From the NCBI RefSeq assembly GCF_036971445.1, contig NC_091471.1, positions 132,928,001 to 132,992,000 of the forward strand: 64,000 nucleotides of DNA, given 5' to 3'. The stretch is from Narcine bancroftii (Eukaryota). The notes beneath the pieces are model-generated. The model searched no databases. It saw only the letters and a list, made by a program, of their open reading frames with translations, and was not told where the DNA came from. This document shows positions 25,727 through 38,100 of this stretch, piece by piece (within the stretch, counting starts at the first letter, position 1; every line of letters starts with the position of its first letter). Position numbers and translations under genes: made by a program.

Positions 25727-26733
25727 CACACATGTCAAACTCTGGCCCGCGATATAATTATATTTGGTCCGCAAGATCATTTCAAAAATGTATTAGAGGT
25801 GGCCTGCTGGCCGCCGCGCCAGTATAGCGCATGCACAGTAATACAACAAATCCCAGAATGCATTGGCGTCAGCCCGCTAATCGCCCCCACCTCCTCTGTT
25901 TACGTTGCAGGGTCTCACCGTGGACTCTGGTTTTGGGGCCTGGCCAGTGTCAGGGGAAGCCAAGGCCGCTTCCCAGCGACCGGAACCAGAGGCCTCGGGC
26001 CTGACCTCGCCAGGACCATTGCCCACTCCCCCTCCCTGCCGCAGGCCGACCCGCGACTCACGATGACGGGGCCGCTGATCCGCCGAGATGCCACCCTGCA
26101 GCGAGAGCCGATGCCCCCGCACTGTCGTTGTCCAACCCGATCGCCCGCAAACCCCACCCTCCCGCACACAGGCCTGAGTAAGTATTATGAACTTTAATCT
26201 CAGGGTGAAACGATCTTCCAATAGTTTCATGTCACAGTGATAAATATATTCCTGGTTAAAAATGGTCCTGCACCTGGATACAAGCTCATTAGGCATAAAA
26301 CTTGAAAAGTGTGTAAATCAAAGGATATCTGGTACCAATGGAAAAAGGGCATGGCAAATAACCCTGCTAGAGTTCATGCCCACAATCAGTCACCCATTTG
26401 ATTGTTTCAGGAATCATGTCGTTCTCCCACATTCTCAATAGCCCTCAGATTTTACTATTCGACAGCACACTAGCAACATTTGACAAATCCTCTATAGAGA
26501 AATATTATTTATTGAATATTTTATTTCTCATTTGTTAATGCTTCTGGAAAGAGTTTATCCAAAACTATTATTAAACATTTATTTTAATAAGAAAAAGTTT
26601 AACATTACATATGTTGAAAGAAGAGAAAACATGTAGATGTTGTTGAAAATTTTCAATAAATATTTAGTTCGGCCCTCGACTTAGTCCAAGTTTTTAATTT
26701 TGGTCCTCCGTGAATTTGAGTTTGACACCCCTG
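25727..26733. mobile_element. Non-autonomous hAT (Charlie-like) DNA transposon inserted in an old CR1
   Basis: Perfect 8-bp TSD GCTTACCT (25719-25726, 26734-26741); TIRs CACACATGTCAAACTC and GAGTTTGACACCCCTG; GC-rich core. Confidence 0.9.
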
Positions 26734-27024
26734 GCTTACCTGGATGTTTATGATGGGTTTTCATAATCCTTTGCATTTTATATTCTGTGTTAAAATGGAG
26801 AAAGCCAAGAAACTCATTTTCCTTTTTAATATCTTTCAAAGCATTCTCTGTTGTACTGAGTACTGAAGGAGGCTGATTGGTGCATATATCAAATTGGAAA
26901 AGTAGAATTTTACCCAACGCCTTTTGAAAGCCATTTCGTATATCAATCATACTACCCTCAACAACCTTCTTTGTCAAATAATCATCAAGTTTGTGAGATC
27001 AATGGCTGTGAAAATGAGGAAATA

Positions 27025-28700
27025 AGACCATAAGATATAGGAGCAGTAGCAAGCCATTTGGCCCATTGAGTTCACTCCATTATGAGCTGATCCAACTGCT
27101 CAACCCCACAGCCACCTGTGGTAGTAAATTACAGAGGTTCATCACCCTGCTCCAAAATAAATTTCTCCCTGTCGCCATTATAAATGGGTACCCTTTAATC
27201 CTGAAGTTCTGCTCTCTAGTACTAAACTCTTCTAAAATGGAACACAACTTTTCCACATCTACTCCACTCAGGTACTTCAACATTAAAAATGTTCCTCTGA
27301 AGTCCCCCTTATTCATCTGAACTCCAAAGAATACAGTCTAAAAGCTGTCAAATATTCTTCATGTGCTAACCCCTTCATTCCAGAAATCATTTTTGGGACT
27401 CTTCTCTGTACCCTCTCCAATGCCAGCCCAAAACTGTACCCCATATTCCATGAGGCCTTACTAGTGCCTTATGAAGCCCCAACATCACATCCTTGCTCTA
27501 ATATCCTATTCCTATAGATATGAATGCCAGCACTGCATTTGCTATCTTCAACACCAACTCAACCAGGAGGTTAACTTTTAGGGCAGTGGTTCTCAACCTT
27601 TCCTTCCCATCCACATACCACTTTAAGTAATCCCTATGCAATCATTGGTTTGTGATTAGTAAGGGATTACTTAAGGTGGTATATGGATGGGAAGAGAAGG
27701 TTGAGAACCACTACTCTAGACCCCAATGTTACTGAAATATTTTCCTTGAGATAAATTGTCATTGGCCCATTTTCTTTGGAGTTATGAAACTGCGCACGTA
27801 ATGAATCAATGAGGTACAATTAAAGCAGTGGTTTTCAAACTTTTTCTTTCCACCCACATACCACCTTAAGCAATCCCTTACTAATCACAGAGTACTTATG
27901 GCATAGGGAATACTTGAAGTGGTATGTGAGTGGAAAGCAAAAGGTTGAGAACCACTGCTTTAAGGTATCCTGCATGAGGACTCCCAAGTCCCTTTGCCCC
28001 TCTGAATTTTGAATTTTGTCCCATTCAAATTACCTTCTGCCCTTTTATTCATTCTACCAAAGTGCATGACCATACACTTTCATTTGCCACTTCTTTGCCC
28101 ATTCTCCTAATCTAAGTCTTTCTGCAGCCTCTCCTTTCCTCATCACTATTGCCCCTCCACTCGTCTTTGTATCATCTGCAAACTTAAATACAAAGCCCTT
28201 TATTCTACAATCCAAATAATTAACATACAACATGAAAAGAAGTGCCCACAACACCCCTGCGGTACACCACTAGTAATCGGTAGCTAACCAAAATAGGATC
28301 CCTTTGTTCCCATTCTCTGTTTCCTGCCAATCAGCCAATGCCTTACCCATGCTAGTATCCTTCCTGTAATTCCATGGGCTCTCATCTTGTTAAGCAGCCT
28401 CATGTTTGGCACCTTGTTAAAGGCCTTTAGAAAATCTAAAAATACAACATCCCATGTCTATCCTGCTTGTGGCTTCCTCAAATATTTGCAGTAGGCTTGT
28501 CAGGAAAGTTAGACCATTCAGCTTTCCAAGCATCTTCTCTCTGGTGATCATGACTGCACTCTCTTCTTTTCCCTGACACCCTTAACAATCAGTTATACTG
28601 CTGATGTCTCCCACAGTGGAGACTGATGCAAAATACTTATTCAGTTCCTCTGTCATTTCCTTGTCTCGAATTATAATTTCTCCAGTGCCATTTTCTATCA
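27025..28700 (-). mobile_element. CR1 LINE 3' part
   Basis: YVNYLDCRIKGFVFKFADDTK, LGEWAKKWQMK; CR1 tail (reverse complement) at about 27025-27065. Confidence 0.85.
27584..27957. mobile_element. Composite hAT MITE made of two ~130-bp palindromic units
   Basis: Outer TIRs CAGTGGTTCTCAACCTT and AAGGTTGAGAACCACTG; units at about 27584-27713 and 27826-27957; degenerate 8-bp TSD TTTTAGGG/CTTTAAGG. Confidence 0.85.
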
Positions 28701-30279
28701 GTCCTAATATATAAAACACACACTCTCTCTCTCTCTCTTAATAAAATAAAAGATTTTTTGGTATTCTTTTTGATAGTATTCAATTCCTTCCTTATGTTCC
28801 CATATTGGTGAGCTGGTGTGAGAAGTGATGAGCTCCAGTGAGTGACAAAGGTTGATTTGGCACCATAAGATTGAGTTGAATGGGCAATTATACCTTTCCT
28901 GATCTAATGACCTTCTATATCGAAGAGCAGAGGACTGCACCAAATCCAGCATTCTATCCACTGCTCTTGCCTTCTCAGAGATCATATTACCCTGCCATTC
29001 ACTTTTTCTCCGCCAGTACAGTCAAACTTTTTAATCCAGTGACATTAGGACCTGGCCATTGCCGGACCACAAAAAGTGCCGGAAAATAGAAAAAGCACAG
29101 AAACTAGTTGTCAAAAGTGCAGTAGGTGACTCGATCAGACACATTTTCTAAGCTAAAAGGATCAAATAAGCCACAAATAAAATTGGGGTTAGTTTAGCAG
29201 TTAGCACAATTCCTTTACAGTGCCAACGATCGAGACTGCAGTTTGAATCCCATGCTGTAAAGAGTTTGTACCAATGGCAGGTGCTGGTCTACAGTGTGCC
29301 AGATTTAAGAGGTTCAATTTGTAATAGGACAGGGGATATTAAATAAACACAAGAACTGCTGGTGCTACAATCTTGAGCAAACAATAAGAAGCTAAAGTGA
29401 CTCAGAAGGTCAGGAAGCAATATTGACTCGCCATTTCCTCATTGGATTCTGCCTGACCCCCTGGGTCCATTCAATTGTACGTTGTTTGCACGAGGAGTAT
29501 TAAATAATATGGATACTTGGCCATATCATTTTAAGCTATACTCAATCATGCACTGCAGGAAATTAGCCTGCAGATCAACTATCAACTTGCTAAATTATCT
29601 GTATGAAAAATGAAATGTTTCAATAAACTGCTTTTAAATCCAATACATGTATGGGTGTGAGAAAAAGACAAAAGTGGGGTAAATTCAATTAGAGTCATGG
29701 AGTTATACAACACAGAAACAGGTCTTACAGCCTACCATGTCCTTCAAGTACTCATCTATATTAAGCTCAAGGATGAGGTCTTGACCAACTATTGTCTTTC
29801 AATCCCATTAATTTCTCAGATACTCATTTCTTTGATTTCTTCATTCACCTGGACCTGTGCTTCTCTTCTACTTCTGGGAGGTTTTTTTTGTGCCTGCTCC
29901 CATAAAGGCAGGCAAAATATTTGCACAACTTCTCTCCCATGTCCTTATTCCAATGTGAATGAACCACAGGGACTGCAGCTGTAGTTTTAAAAGTTCTTTA
30001 TTCAGCAAGACAAGCAGACATTCAGTAGAATCAATCTCTCTTGGAGACGCTCCAGAGAAAAGCTGGAAGTTTCTGAAGTACACAAAAATAACAAAGTAAA
30101 TTAGCATATTTTCAGTGGTGTCTCTACTCACCAGTATCTCTTCTTTCACAGTGATGAACTATTTTTATTTCTGGCATTAATATTTTTTAAATCAAAATTC
30201 AACATTTCACTACTATCACATTATTTTGCCACTTAGCCCTTTTTCTGTCATGTCATTCCCCTTTTTCAGTTTCCTTTTC

Positions 30280-30570
30280 TGTAACAAATTACTTTGATAT
30301 CATCTGCAAATTTCAACATCTAGTTACTTTGTCTTACTTTTATCAATGTTTTCTCTTGCGCCAGAACTTGGTATTGTCGTTGCAAAACCCTTATTTGCCC
30401 AACCTGACTTCATCCTCAGATAGTACTGATCCTAAGCAAAAAAGCAAACAGAGAGATAGCCAGCCTGAATTAGAAAGGCGGGATGAATTGCAATGTAACA
30501 GTTGAAAGGAAAGAATGAGTGCACTGCAATTTTTAAATTGAGTGTCAATTTATAAATAGCTGTCCCTTTC
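30280..30570 (+). pseudogene. Second chemokine-like relic: paralogous promoter and truncated exon 1
   Basis: Colinear with 11600-11990 (TAACAAATTAC, AAATTTCAACA, TATTTGCCCAACC, TTCATCCTCAGAT, CTGAAT, ATTGAGTGTCA). ATG 30483 gives MNCNVTV versus MNYRVTV; the TATA box and the rest of exon 1 are deleted. Confidence 0.55.
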
Positions 30571-30699
30571 TTTTGATTTAAATTCTCTGGATGTGAGTTA
30601 CTTAATGTAACCTGATACTGAGTAAAATATTAAAATTTTGCAGGAGATGCTAAATTTATTCTATTAGTTCCAATCAATGTGAAGTCTCTCATGTTACCA

Positions 30700-31860
30700 G
30701 AGAATCCTTACCCGCATCTTCCGTGTCTCAAGCACTTCTGCTTCCACTCCATCCTCTCCCAGACAGAACAAGGATAGGTTTCTCACTTTTCACCCCAGCA
30801 GCCTCCACATCCCACCACCAGCCACATCTTCATCAACTTCCTCAAAGTATGTGGCTCTTCACAGGGATCATCATCTCCATGAATCTCTGGATTGATCTTC
30901 CCTCCCCACTCATCCTTCCACCCCCTTGGGCACTTCCCAATCCAACTGCTGAAGGTGCTTTACATTTCCCTATATATTCTTCCACACCTGTAGTAAACAG
31001 GGCTTCCAAGTGAGACTGAATTTTACATGCACCTCATCCAACCTAGTGCATTTGGATGTTGCCTCCTCTACATTGTTGAGCTCAAATGTAGATTGGGTGA
31101 CTACATTGCCAAGCACCAGCTCTCTGTCCTTTGGAATAAGCCTGAACTCCTGCTATATAACTATGATATATTGCACTCAGGTATCCTGAAACCCAACAGC
31201 TAACTCCACCTGATCCAGTTCCACTGTTTCCATCTTTCCTTCACCTGTTCCCATTTTCACTACTCACTCTTCTCTCAAACCTACTCCACCACCTCTTTCC
31301 CATCATAGTTTCCTCTCCTACCTTTCTCTCCACCTCACGTGTCCAATATTGATTGGCCCCTCCCCAGCCACTATTTCCCCCCCCCACCTTCTTTTAATAC
31401 TTGAGATCTCTCCTTTCTTTTCAGTTTTGAGAAAGGAAAAAACATTCACTGGCCATTTCTCTCCATGGATTAAAAACACACAATGCTGGAGAAGCTCAGC
31501 AGGTCAAACAGGGTCCTTTATGTTACAAAGGTAAAGCTACAAAACTGACGTTTCGGGCTTGAGCCCTTCATCAAAGTAGGAGAAAATGCCAGCAGGTGTC
31601 CGAACAAAAGTGTAGTGGGAAATGGGGGGGGGAGGGAGGTGGCAAAGGCAGGAGATGATAGGTGGAGAAAGAAGGAAGGAGACAGCAGCATTGAGGGGGA
31701 GGAGGGATGGCTGGGTGGGTGGAAGAACTGGAAAGGCACGAAAGGAGGAGTGGAAAGAAAAAGCGAGCAGGTTTGATGGAAACCAGAAAAGTCAACGTTA
31801 ATGCCATCTGGCTTGAAAGTGCCCAGACAGAAAAGAGTACATGGTCGTAGAACTTGAGAG
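30700..31860. mobile_element. Penelope-like 3' regions arranged tail-to-tail (+ about 30700-31470, - about 31470-31860)
   Basis: GIY-YIG relic (FTCTSSNLV...CCLLYIVE) on +; LGTFKPDGINVDFSGF and pLTR on -. Confidence 0.7.
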
Positions 31861-31890
31861 CGGCAGGGGTTACAGATGGGAAGCAGTGAG

Positions 31891-34700
31891 TGTGGTGATC
31901 CAACCACTACACTGGCCACACTCCTACCAGCCTACTGCAGGTAGGCAATCTGGGAGGCTGGCCCCACCTGCCAGCTGTCAATCACTGGCCCCTTTGGGAG
32001 CAGTCAGACACGTGGAGCCAGAAGTGTGTACAAGTTTAAGCTAATTAAATCCTGTTGTACAGTCTGTGGACTTTGCATCAGAATTATTCACAGAGCAGAG
32101 CTCACAATGTAATTAGATTAAAATTAAAGGACCATGGAGAAGTTCCTCACCATCGAGAGGCTGGATATTGACCTTCAGCATCTGGAATCTCCAACATACT
32201 TCGAGATCTGGAAGCATGTGATCAAGGTGATCATCCACACACAGGCTGAGGTCATCAATATAAACCAGAAAAAAACTCATGGTGCTTCACACCAAGCTGG
32301 ACCCGTGCACTTTCCAGGCTGGAGTTTGAATCAGCAATGGCCATCCTGGAAGGCCCCCGATTAACATACTCTATGCCTGGTACCTGCTCAGCATCAGGGT
32401 ACAGCAGTCAAGTGAGATGGCAGATGCTTACTTGGGGACACTGTGAGAGCTAGCATGCCCATGCACAATCAAAACTGGAGTAACTGCTGGGGAGGTGGAC
32501 CGACTCATCCGAGATGACTGCGAGAGTTGCAGTCAAGGGCATCTCAACAGAAACTGTTAGAGAAGATTAATGCTTCCCTCGCCAGGATCATGGAAGTGGT
32601 CCGCTCCCTAGAAACTGCAGCTCACCATGTAGAGGTCTTCGATATTCACCTCCCCCATCCTCCGGCCTGGCCAATGTCGACGACAGCAATCGCCAAACGG
32701 CCCCATGTAGAAGAGACGATCACCCCTGCCGACGCCATCTGCCGCTGTAAGTACTTCAGGTCCTGGTGTGGGTCAGACAGGCACTCCAAAAAGAACTCTC
32801 CCGCAAGGAACTCACATTGCTTCTGATGCAGCAAGAAAGGCCATTTCACAAAAGTACTGCAGTCCTCCGCAACCAACGGGAGCCCCTCTCATCCTTTGGG
32901 CACCCCCACGTGTGAATGCTGGGCAGCGCTATCACTTCACCCACCACTTCCGCTTGCACTGATTAAGTCACTTCTGGCCCGGCTGTCCAACCACGCTGCA
33001 ACCAAGTGCTCACTATTTTTAATCATCCAACTTCTGTCCAAACTGATGTCATCACTTCCAGCTGAGTCGCCGGACCACATTGATGTCATGTGCATCACCA
33101 TCACCTGGGCGCCACCATCTTGGGCCAGCCGACCCCCATCCACCCCAACTCGTTCAGGTTGCCAACCAAATGACGTGGTCACTATGTGCGTATAGAAAAC
33201 TGTGCACTCGTTGCACCCTACACTCCTAAAGACACCCACTGGCCACTACGCGCCATAACCATTGGCAGTCCTAGTGTCCACCAAGCTAGTGGAAGACATT
33301 CCCCATGGACTCAGGTGCTCGATAATAGACATTGCTGTCAATGGGAAGATAATAAAATGCCTGTTTGACAGCGGTAGTACTGGGAGCTTTGTGCACCCGA
33401 ACATGGTCCATGTGCTGAAACTCAAAGTATACCCAGTGAACATTGCTATCGCTTTCGAGGCCAGGACCACTCCATCACGCCACTGGGGGGGGGGGGGGGT
33501 GGGGGGAGACATACCAAGGGTTCAGTCTACTGGTCATACCCAGGCTCTGTGCCATGATTCTCCTGGGACTAGACTTCCAATGTCACTTCCACAGCCTCAC
33601 CCTTGCCTTCGGTGGGCCACTCCCCCCACTCTCCACCAACAGCACAAAATCCAGTGATCACCCCCAGTCCATCTACGAGCTCTCCCCCTTAAGGGTACCC
33701 CCTCTATCCCTCTTCAACTACCTAATGCTGGACTGCAAGCCTATAGTGGCCAAGAGCAGGAGTTACTGTGCGGCTGACAGGACCTTCATGAAGGCCAAGG
33801 TGAGATGGCTTCTGGTAGAAGGAGTTGTAGAGCTCAGCACCAGCCCAAATCCTTGTTGTAAAAAGGAGCAGCAAACTGAGGATGATCATCGACTGTAGTA
33901 AGACCATCAACCAGTACACCCAGCTGGACATCTACCACTGCCCCACATTGCCAACGTGGTCAATGAAATAGCCCAGTACAGGGTTTTCTCCATGACTGAC
34001 CTAAAGTTGGCCTACCAACAGCTCCCCATCCATCCCTGGGATAAACCTTATAATGTCTTAGAGGCGGAAAGATGCCTTTATCATTGGGTCCAGTTTGGGG
34101 ACACAAATGGAGTCTCTGTGTTTCAGCAGAAGATGGACCGCACGGTAGAGTGGCATAACCTGAGAGTGATTTTCCCAAGCCTGGACAATGTAACCATCTG
34201 CAGCCATGACCTGCAGGGCCACAATGCCAACCTTTTCTCCTTTCCTAGGAAATTGGTGACTGATGTGTCCCTGCATGTTTGGCTGATGTCTCTGGGGCCA
34301 ATACTCCTCCACAAACATGTGGGGACCCATAAATCCAGCCTCCTGGTCAAGCAGGTGCACCTCCTTCATGCAAACCGAAATTACCCCAATGGACGTGAGG
34401 ACACCATCTCAACCAGGGACCTGGCACCAGCAGAGATCCAACCCTCTGTCCCACACCTACACCCCCCCCTGCATACTGGACCCAGCTGACCCTCAGCCAG
34501 CCCTGCCCCTATCAACCATTCACTAGGAGACTGTCCTGCAACGATCCCAGAGGCATAGATGACCGCCTGAACTCATAGATTCTACTCGGTACCAAGAACA
34601 CCGCCCCCACCTTAATTTAAGAAGGGGGTGTGATAGTACAGACCTATCACCAATGTATATAGTATATAGTATATAGTTACAGTATCTAGAGTGTAATGAT
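31891..34700 (+). mobile_element. Ty3/Gypsy element (same family as 1-2050): LTR 31891-32106, gag, PR, RT, deletion to integrase C-terminus, PPT
   Basis: gag ATG 32134; knuckle CF*CSKKGH about 32818; protease LFDSGSTGSF 33361; RT VFSMTDLKLAYQQLPI...FPSLDNVTIC; REDTISTRDLAP; purine tract AAGAAGGGGG about 34619-34628. Confidence 0.88.
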
Positions 34701-35109
34701 ATTAAATTGAGGGGCATCTTTCTCTCTCCGCACTTTGCACAGATAGTGTACTTTCTCACTTTCATCTATATTATCTGCTGCAAAATGACCTGATATTGTA
34801 AAAACATCTTCATTTCGTGGTATTTACCAAGTTTAGCAGCACACAGGACCAATAGTCACAAAAGGATTGTAAATCTTCCATATAAAAAGGAATTACTTTG
34901 AAAGGGTTGGATATTTTAAAGAGTACTATATGACTGTGAGTTACTCCGCTTGAGTGGGTGGGCATATTGAACTGAGTATATCTGAACTCTGCCACAGGAA
35001 TATGGATAGGTTGAGTGAGTGGGCAAAAACTTGTGGGAGAGTGTGAGATCATGAACTTTGGGAAAAGGAATCTAAAGCAGATGGGTAAAATATAGAGGAT
35101 TAAAGTATT

Positions 35110-38100
35110 CTGAATGAATGGTTTATTGTCACATGCACAAATACAACATACAGATCCTATGACAGCCTTACTTGCTGCAGTTTCCCATGTACCTAAGACA
35201 CATTAACAACACCAAGTATAATTAACCCAATAGAGAAGAGGGAAAAAGATAATAAATATAATAGGAATGAAAAAAAAATAATAAATATCTACAGTTGGCT
35301 GGTTGGGCAAATAATATGGTGTGTCAGAAGTGTAGATAATTTTCAGGCAGTTTTGAAGCAATGCTGTGGTTAGAGTAGGAAAGATAAATTTAAAGGCCTG
35401 ATAGCTGCTGGAAAAAAATTAAAGATACTGGACTTGAGGCTTCTGTACCTTTTGTACTGAAGGGAGCAGCAAGATGAGAGCATGGTCATGGTAATGAGGG
35501 TCCCTTATGACACTGACTGCCTTTTTAAGGCAGTGCCACACATAGATGTCATCAGTGAAGAGTCCAGTGCATACCGGACCTGGCTAGGTTTGCCATTTTC
35601 TGAAACTGTCTGCGTTCCTGGACATTCATTTTTCCAAATTAGGCCATGATGCAACCAGTCAGCATGCTTTCCACAGTACACCATTTAGAAGTTAAGTAAA
35701 GTATTTGGCAACAAGCTGAATCTCCTGAAGTATTTGAGAACGTAGACATGTTGGTATACCTTCTTCATGGCTGTCTCAATGTGTTGATTCCAGAAGATGG
35801 CCTCCGATATGTGGACATCAAGGAACTTGAAGATACAAACCCTTTCCGCCATTGTCGGGTGAGTGAAGACAGGTGTGAGGTCCCTTGACTTCCATTTCTT
35901 GAAGTCCGCAATCAGCTCCTTGGTCTTGCTGATGTTAAGAGCATGGTTGATATTCTGGCACCAAAAGAAAACAGATTCTCGAGCTCCTTCTTATATACTG
36001 ATGTAGCGGGAGCTACACTGCTCCTGCAATAACACACACAACCAGACGGGCTGCTGGGCTGCACTTATACTCCCTGCCCAGACCTGGCTGAGAACCACAC
36101 TGGAGGGCGCTGACGTCATCCGGGCATCACGTGGTCACATGGGTTTCTGAGCCCCGTGCTGGAAGGAAGGGAATCCCCCGACAGCACCATTTTGGTCGGC
36201 TGCCCCACGGCATGGCTTACAAGCGGGGTCGGTTCACCTGCCTCATGGTGAGCCACCACACAGCACCCCCCCAGAACCGATACCAATGTCCTTTTTTGCC
36301 AGGCTGCCTCGCTTCTTGGCTGGGCAACGACCACAGGCTCGGTGAAATCGAGATGCGCCAGCTTCAGCCTGTCTATGGTAAATAGCTCCCGCCTGCCACC
36401 CATGTCCAGCATGAATGTCAAGCTGGAACGCTGCACAACCCGGTACGGCCCCTCGTATGATCGCTGCAGAGGTGCCGCGGTTGGGCCCCGCCGAACTAAA
36501 ACGTACTCTGCGGAAAGCACTTAGCCAGAAACGTGAGATGGGCGGGTGCCATGCCTGGGTGGTGGTGGGGGTTCAAACATGTCCAAGCGTGTCCTGAGGT
36601 GAGGAAGTAGTTCGTGCAGTGACCGCTGGGGATTGTGAGGTGCGTTGACGAACTCACCAGGTAGTGCCACTGGAGCACCATAGACCAGCTCAGCTGATGA
36701 CACCTGAAGATCTTCCTTGGGAGTGGAGCAGACGCCCAGGAGCACTCAAGGCAGTTTGTCTCCCCAGTCGGGACCGGTGAGGCGGGCCATGAGCGCCGAC
36801 TTAAGGAGGCGGTGCAGACGTTTGACCAGTCCATTGGCCTGCGGGTGGTAGGACATGGTGCGGTGTACCTGGATCCCCAACCTGTTGGCGAGCTGCACCC
36901 AGAGCGCAGATGTGAACTGGGCGCCTCGATTGCTGGTGAGATGACCCGGGACGCCGAACCGGGCGACCCAACCACGCAACAGTGTCCATGAGCGGAAGTC
37001 GGTGGAGGCATCTGGCATTGGGATCACCTCAGGCCAGCGACTGGTGTGGTCCGCCACCATAAACAAGTAATGGTTGCCCCGGGAAATGGGTAAGGGCCCG
37101 ACGATGTCCATGTGAATGTGGCTGAACCGTTCCCGAACATGCTCGAACTCCTGTATGGGCACCTTGGTGTGCCTGTGCACCTTGGACATTTGGCATTGGG
37201 TGCATGTTCTGGCCCAGCCCGCAATCTGCTTCCACAGCCCATGCCATACGAACCGTTCTGCCACCATCTGGACCGTGGACCTGATGGATGGATGTCAAAG
37301 GTCGTGGATGTGACGGAAGACCTGCCTGCGCCACTACTGGGGAACCACTGGCCGCGGGGTGCCCAAGAAGATATCGCACAGGATGATGCCTTTGCCACTC
37401 GGAGTTGGAAGGTCTCGGAACCACAGGCCGGTGATGGCGGTCTTGAAGGCCCTCGTCTCCTCATCAGCTTCCTGTTCCTGGGTGAGCTGGTCGAAGTCGA
37501 GGATGGGCATCAGCGTGCAGGTGGCCAGTTGCGAGAGTGCATCGACAACCACATTGTCCTTCTCTGCCTTGTGCCGAATGTCATTGTTAAACTCCAACAC
37601 GAAGGAGAGGTGACGCTGAAAAGTCCACCCCTCCAAAAAATAGCAGAAATGCCACATCGCCAGGAACATGCCCAGAAACTAACGGTCGAAGGCTCTATAC
37701 TTGCGTTCTGGCAGGCGGAGCAAGCGGCTGAAGAATGCCAGTGGCTTCCAATGTCCATTCACCTGTTGCTCCAGAACAACACCAATGGCTGTGGCGGAGA
37801 CATTAACAGAGTGCCATATGCAGGTCGGTGTGCGAGTGGGCAAGCATGGCTGCCTTTGCGAAGATGTCCTTAGTAAACTCGAATGTGGTGAAGGCTTCTG
37901 GGTTCCAAGCGAACGTTTTGTGCTTGTCTGCAATGAGGGTGAATAGCGGCTGCATGATGCGCGCAGCTCCCGGGATGAAGCGGTTGTAAAAGTTGACCAT
38001 ACCCGTGAACTCTTGCAGCCCCTTGAGGCTGTCCGGGCGTGGGAACTCCCTGATACCGGCGACCATTGCAGCGGCGGGTGTGGCTCCTTCGGCAGTGATG

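Noticed and set aside
29780-30150. 93-aa minus-strand ORF behind a pyrimidine-rich acceptor
   Set aside because: The distal part is a degraded CR1; alternative frames stop and no protein family is recognisable.
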